Of a DNA stretch of 64,000 bases, positions 59,737 through 64,000 are shown piece by piece. The DNA comes from Alphaproteobacteria bacterium (GTDB taxonomy: Bacteria; Pseudomonadota; Alphaproteobacteria; UBA828). The translations under genes were made by a program, and so were the position numbers. The notes below the pieces were generated by a model. The model did not search any database, had not been told where the DNA came from, and saw nothing but the letters and a program-made list of their open reading frames with translations. The stretch spans positions 1 through 64,000 of the forward strand of contig CAXXVO010000013.1 of NCBI GenBank assembly GCA_963422645.2, written 5' to 3'. The first letter of the stretch is position 1, and each line of letters begins with the position of its first letter.

Positions 59737-60566
59737 CGCCGTGCCCTCTTCGGCTTGGCGGGCTCGCCCAGGATCTCCATGAAGAGCTTCTCGTCGAGAA
59801 CCTCGCGGTTCTTCTCGGCGCCGGCGGCGAGCAGCATGTCGCCCATGACGGTAAGCGCCCTGGGGTTGCCGCCGGCGTGGGTGACCAGGGTGTCCTTGAG
59901 CTCTGCGCTCATGAGGCCCGGATTGCCGGCCTGCTCGACCAGATGGTCGAGCAGGGCCGCGAGGTCGCCGGCGTCTGCCTGGGTCATGACCAGGCGCTGG
60001 CGCAGGCGCGAGGCGATGGGCTGCAAGTCGGGCTGGCGGAGCCTGTCGATCAGGCGGCTGTCGCCGGCGAAGACGACCGAGAGGATGGCGCGCGAGTCGA
60101 AGTCGGTGGACGCCAGCAGGCGGATCTCGGAGATCACCGAGGGCAGCAGCTCCTGGGCCTCGTCGATGAGCACCACGGGCCGCATGCGGGTGTCGTCGAC
60201 ATGGGTGAGCCATCGCTCGCGCAGGTTTTTGAAGCTGGCCCAGCGGTTGTTGTACATCAGGTCGACGCCGAACATCCCGCCGATCTCGCGGTAGAAGTCG
60301 GACAGCCTGGAAGAGGGGTGGGTGATGGCACAGACCCTGAGCCCGTCCGAGCGGCCGAGGCGGTCGGCGAGCACGCGCAACGCCACGCTCTTTCCGGTGC
60401 CGGGCTCGCCGGCGATCAACGCGAAGCCGCCCTGGCGCACAAGATGATGCTCGATTCTGAGGCAGAAGCTGTCGACGGCGGGGCTCACCATGAGGCTGTC
60501 GACCGGAAGGTCGGTGGCGAAGGGGTTCCATTTGAGCCCGTAGAAGGTGAGCAGCTCGCGGTTCAT
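59733..60566 (-). CDS. ExeA-family AAA ATPase (transposition helper)
   Basis: FYGLKWNPF, GEPGTGKS, VLIDEAQ, SRL, GNPR. Confidence 0.9.
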   Translation of the reverse strand: MNRELLTFYGLKWNPFATDLPVDSLMVSPAVDSFCLRIEHHLVRQGGFALIAGEPGTGKSVALRVLADRLGRSDGLRVCAITHPSSRLSDFYREIGGMFGVDLMYNNRWASFKNLRERWLTHVDDTRMRPVVLIDEAQELLPSVISEIRLLASTDFDSRAILSVVFAGDSRLIDRLRQPDLQPIASRLRQRLVMTQADAGDLAALLDHLVEQAGNPGLMSAELKDTLVTHAGGNPRALTVMGDMLLAAGAEKNREVLDEKLFMEILGEPAKPKRARR

Positions 60567-62039
60567 GACGGATCTCCCTGATCGTCGTCCTCGCCCGGAC
60601 CGGGCGTCTTGTTATGGGGTACCCAGGCCGGCGGCAGGCCTGTTGCGGCCTGGGCGTCGAGCACGCCCTTGAGCAGCGGCGGAAGTTCGCCGACGCCCGC
60701 GCTGGCGCCGCCATGGTCGCTGCCGGGTCTCGCAGGACGGCGGACGCCATCGGCGTTGCCGCGCTTGTCGAGGGGGTACAGCGTGCACAGCCGCTCGCCG
60801 CTTCGGCCTTCCACCAGATCGACGCCGCTGAGGTCCCAGCGCGCATAGCGGACCCAGAGCGTCCTCAGGTGGCGCCACGGCTGTGGCACCTGGTAGCGGA
60901 TGCCCCTCGACCGAGACGGTGCCGTCCGAGCGCCTGAGCGTGCGCTTCCTGGCGATGCGGAAGGCCGCCTTGAGCTCGTCCGAGGCGGGGCAGGGCCTCG
61001 ATGCCTTGACGCTCCCGGCGAGGCGTTCATGCGGCGTCATGCCGAGCTCGCGGTGCACCCGCCGATGGTAGTCCTGCTCCAGCCAGGCTATGGTGGCGTC
61101 GTTGAGCATCTTCAGGGTGAGCGCGTCGACGCCTTCGAGCTGAGCCATCAGGCGGCCCTCGACCGTGCCCCAGAACGACTCGATTTTTCCATTTTGATGG
61201 GGGCTGTAAGCGAGTGTCGTGGCCCCCACGATGCCGAGGCGGTGCAAGCCCTCCTCGACCTCGCCCGCCGTCATCGGCCCGCCGTTGTCGGTCAGCAGGG
61301 ACCTGGGCAAGTCCCTCTTCATGAAGGCCTGACAGAGCCCGTGGACGAAGACCTCGGCGGTCTCCTCCAGGTACCACTGCAGGTGGCAGCCAAGCCTGGA
61401 GTGGTCGTCGAGGAAGCCGAGCAGGATGGGCGTCTGCCATTCGCCCGACGCCGTCAGCACGCGGCGCTTGCCGTGGTGGAAGTCCCCGTGCCACAGCGCG
61501 TGACTGCGAGACACCTCGTAGCTAAGGACCTCGCGGGCTTCGACCGCCGGCTTGTCCTCACCCTCGTGCCACTTCCTGGGGCGCTCGCGCACCAGGCCGC
61601 GATTGCGCATCGCCCGCGTCAGCGTCGCGTAGGACGGCATCGGGCCGAGCTCGGGATGGGTCGCAACATGAGCCTTGAGGGTCTCGTAGTGGAGCTGCGC
61701 CGCCCACGAGGGATGGACCCGGTACTGCTCGCGCAGCGCCGCGATCAGCCCCGCCGACATGGACCGCTCGCGGCCGACGTCGGTCCGAGGCTTCCGGCGC
61801 AGCGCCTTGACCGGGTCCTGCTCCTCTGCCCGCGCCCGGTAGTACCAGCGCTCGATCGTCGAGGCCGCAAAGCGCACCGGCCCCTTGCCCGACGGGTGCT
61901 CCCAGTCGCGCTGCGACAGACGCTCGAACTCGGCCCCCAGCTGGCCTGCAGGCGGCGGTGAAGCCAGAAGCGGCCCCACCACCGCAAAGCGCAGCCGGGC
62001 CCACTTCTCGCGCCTGGCGCCTGCGTCGTCCTTGTCCAT
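60563..62039 (-). pseudogene. Mu/TnsB-like DDE transposase, +1 frameshift in the C-run at ~60903
   Basis: WHGDFH, LDDHSR, TDNG, NGKIESFW; DGTVSVEG|IRYQVP continues in the 60563-61030 frame. Confidence 0.88.
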
Positions 62040-62088
62040 TCCGGCATCCCTCCCTCGCCGCATCGGAGAGATGCCCATGTAGAACGCC

Positions 62089-62506
62089 CTATCCGGGCGT
62101 GACAGGAACACTTTCTGCGGGCGGCGCCGAGCCATCGCCGAGCCCGCAATAGCCCGTCCACGGCTTGAACCAGATCAGGCTCAGGAACAGACGCTCACCG
62201 AAGCGTCCGCCCCGCATCTGCCGCAGCACGAAGAGCAGCGGCACCTCCTCGGGTGGCATCACCAGTTCGCCACGCTTCGCTCCCCAGGGCTCCGTCGCCG
62301 GGAACGCCTCCAGCCACCACTTCCGCCAGCGGCGCAGTGTGGCGACCGAGACCCCCCACTTCCGCTTGATCGTCTGCAACCGCACCCCGCCTCTCAGAAC
62401 CAGTGCACTCAACAGAACGAACAGGGCGCCCAGATAAAAGCGGCGCCCGAAGAATCGTACCGATGGTGGGGTCGCTCGCAGGCGGCAATCCGCGCAGCAG
62501 AAGCTT
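62089..62506 (-). pseudogene. Accessory Cys-rich/HTH ORF preceding the transposase, 5' truncated
   Basis: SFCCADCRLRATPPSVRFFGRRFYLG...VSVATLRRWRKWW; no start codon upstream of 62506. Confidence 0.65.
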
Positions 62507-62507
62507 C

Positions 62508-62843
62508 ATGCTCCAGGCCCTGCTCCCGCCCGCGCTGGAGGCGCTCACCTGGCGATGCACCGTCGCGGCAGAGCCCTGCGGACGCTGCCCCCGATGCCGC
62601 CTCAACGCCTTCTTCGAGCGCTTCTGCCGGGGACGCCCGGCGGACCAGGTCGCCCGCATCGACGACGCCCTCGAACGACACCGCGGCGCAGGCCGATGGT
62701 ACGCCGACGCCGACCCCGGAAGATGGACCGATCACGACGGATACGACGCCGCAGAACGCGCCGTCGAAGACCCCGAATGGTGGAAGGCCGAACTCGAACG
62801 CCCGTGCCGCCCCGGCGCCCGCCCCGGTCCCGACCGCGCCTGA
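62508..62843 (+). CDS. Hypothetical protein (CxxCxxC) near the element end
   Basis: ORF with PCGRCPRC and plausible codon usage; family not recognised. Confidence 0.35.
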   Translation: MLQALLPPALEALTWRCTVAAEPCGRCPRCRLNAFFERFCRGRPADQVARIDDALERHRGAGRWYADADPGRWTDHDGYDAAERAVEDPEWWKAELERPCRPGARPGPDRA

Positions 62844-63015
62844 AACCCCCACGCACCGCCCGTGCACGGGCCCCGAAACCCCCGCGCAGCGCTCCTTCAT
62901 GGCCCATGCACAGGCCGGTTTTTCCAGCCCGGTTCAGCCCCGAAAACCAGCCGATTTTCCAGGCCATTCGCAAAGACTTCCGGCCGCGATTCGCAAAGAC
63001 TTTCGTCCGGCTACA

Positions 63016-63230
63016 ATGGTGACCCTCTCGCCCCGAATGTGGATCTCGCCACTATCCATGCGGTAGGCGCCGGCGAGAATTTTGATAAGCGTGGATTTGC
63101 CGGCGCCGTTGTGGCCGACGACGCCGAGCACTTCGCCGCCCGCGACCGCGACGGAAACATCCTCGACCGCGTGGGTGCCGCCGAAGCTCTTGTAGATGTT
63201 GCGCATCTCGACCAGGGGCGGCGTGGTCAT
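63016..63230 (-). pseudogene. Sugar ABC ATP-binding protein, 5' fragment cut by the transposon end
   Basis: KSFGGTHAVEDVS...[16 protein letters not shown]; paralog of 41276-42052. Confidence 0.88.
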
Positions 63231-63339
63231 CGCATCCCTCGGTGGATAGGGCGGGCGGTAGTCAGGCAGGGATTCTCGGGCGCGCGCCCGCGCCGGTCAA
63301 GCGCCCGCCCTTCGTCACTGCAGGGGGCTTCCGCCCGGC

Positions 63340-63834
63340 TCACTGCGCTGCGGCGCTTTCCTTGAAATGCGCGATGGCCTCCGCCAGCTCCTCGCTCTCT
63401 TCACAGGAGGCGCAGATGTCCTGCAGGGTCGCGAGGTGCGCCTCGGCCTTGGCCAGATCGCCGACCATCAGGTAGGCCTCGCCGATGTACTCATGAGCGC
63501 CGAGGTGCTTTGGATCGAGGTCAAGCGCCCGCGCGTAGTTCTCGAAGGCATCGTCAAGCCGGTCGAGATGACGATAGCTGTAGGCGAGCAGGTTGAAGAC
63601 ATCCGCGTTGCGCGGGTTGGAGGCGGCCGCGCGCTCGAGCAAGGCCGCGGCGCGCTCCCAGTCGCCGGCTTCGATCGCCTGCTTGCCGCGCTCGATATTG
63701 CGCTGGTCGGCCTGGGTGGTTGCGCTGCTCGTGCTGCTGGAGCTTCCCGCAGCCATGGCGTCCGACGCGGGAAGCACGGCCACGGCACCGCCGAGCAGCA
63801 GGATGGCGGCGAAGACCCTCACGTATATCGTCAT
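63340..63834 (-). CDS. Exported tetratricopeptide repeat protein
   Basis: Signal peptide; NADVFNLLAYSYR, ALDLDPKHLGAHEYIGEAYL. Confidence 0.9.
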   Translation of the reverse strand: MTIYVRVFAAILLLGGAVAVLPASDAMAAGSSSSTSSATTQADQRNIERGKQAIEAGDWERAAALLERAAASNPRNADVFNLLAYSYRHLDRLDDAFENYARALDLDPKHLGAHEYIGEAYLMVGDLAKAEAHLATLQDICASCEESEELAEAIAHFKESAAAQ

Positions 63835-64000
63835 GTCGCACCTCCGGGGCTGAACTGCGTCCAAGTCCTCGCCGGGCCCGACCGCGCCGCCGGGGCTAGT
63901 GCGGCGGCTGATAGTTGGGCGGCTCGCGTATCACCCCGACGTCGTGGATGTGGCTCTCGCGCAGGCCCGCCGCCGAGACCCGCGCGAAGCGGCAGTTGCG

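Larger units (their letters stand above)
56507..63015 (-). mobile_element. Composite Mu/Tn7-like element bounded by TGTAG...CTACA inverted repeats
   Basis: TGTAGACGGACGAAAGTC / GACTTTCGTCCGGCTACA; repeated ATTCGCAAAGACTT motifs near both ends; no target duplication. Confidence 0.85.

Noticed and set aside
59733-60566. ExeA as a type II secretion component
   Set aside because: No gsp genes nearby; it is coupled to a DDE transposase.
56507-63015. Intact prophage or CRISPR-associated transposon
   Set aside because: Only a truncated MuF is present; no terminase, portal, capsid, Cas or TniQ genes.
1-64000. CRISPR array, rRNA or tRNA genes
   Set aside because: No regularly spaced repeat-spacer units or recognisable stable-RNA signatures were seen by eye.

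Overview
High-GC bacterial DNA, most likely an alphaproteobacterium (ROSE-type ibpA leader, TAGAGC/GCTCTA and GTCATGGCCGG intergenic repeats). Heavy IS load and eroded giant surface-protein genes suggest a host-associated lineage (inference). Blocks of catabolic and transport genes (SDRs, LLM monooxygenase, Liv-type ABC, MFS/DMT, GMC and DadA oxidoreductases, and a 14-kb hydantoinase/sugar-ABC/DSD1/GlmL/B12 gene run) alternate with three mobile-element pile-ups: ~6-14 kb (IS21, IS5 interrupted by IS110, IS3 inside a surface-protein pseudogene), 16.7-23.6 kb (IS21 end, DUF4338-IS4 split by a serine-recombinase element, partial copy of the 56-63 kb element) and 56.5-63.0 kb (TGT...ACA element carrying a Mu-like DDE transposase, ExeA ATPase, AAA_25 helicase, Toprim protein and MuF fragment). 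Most notable: (1) an IS1111-type IS110 whose 3' non-coding region has readable bridge/seekRNA guides matching its own target (the IS5 slippery site) and its donor junction; (2) a family of 13-bp-arm / 7-bp-spacer palindromes (CCG-N7-CGG) that terminate ~148-bp MITE-like repeats and also the leaders of tyrosine-integrase remnants; (3) the transposon with a putative primase-helicase-origin module; (4) an uncharacterised cobalamin-binding enzyme coupled to a GlmL-type reactivase. No rRNA, tRNA or CRISPR array was seen. All calls are by eye from motifs; no searches were run.
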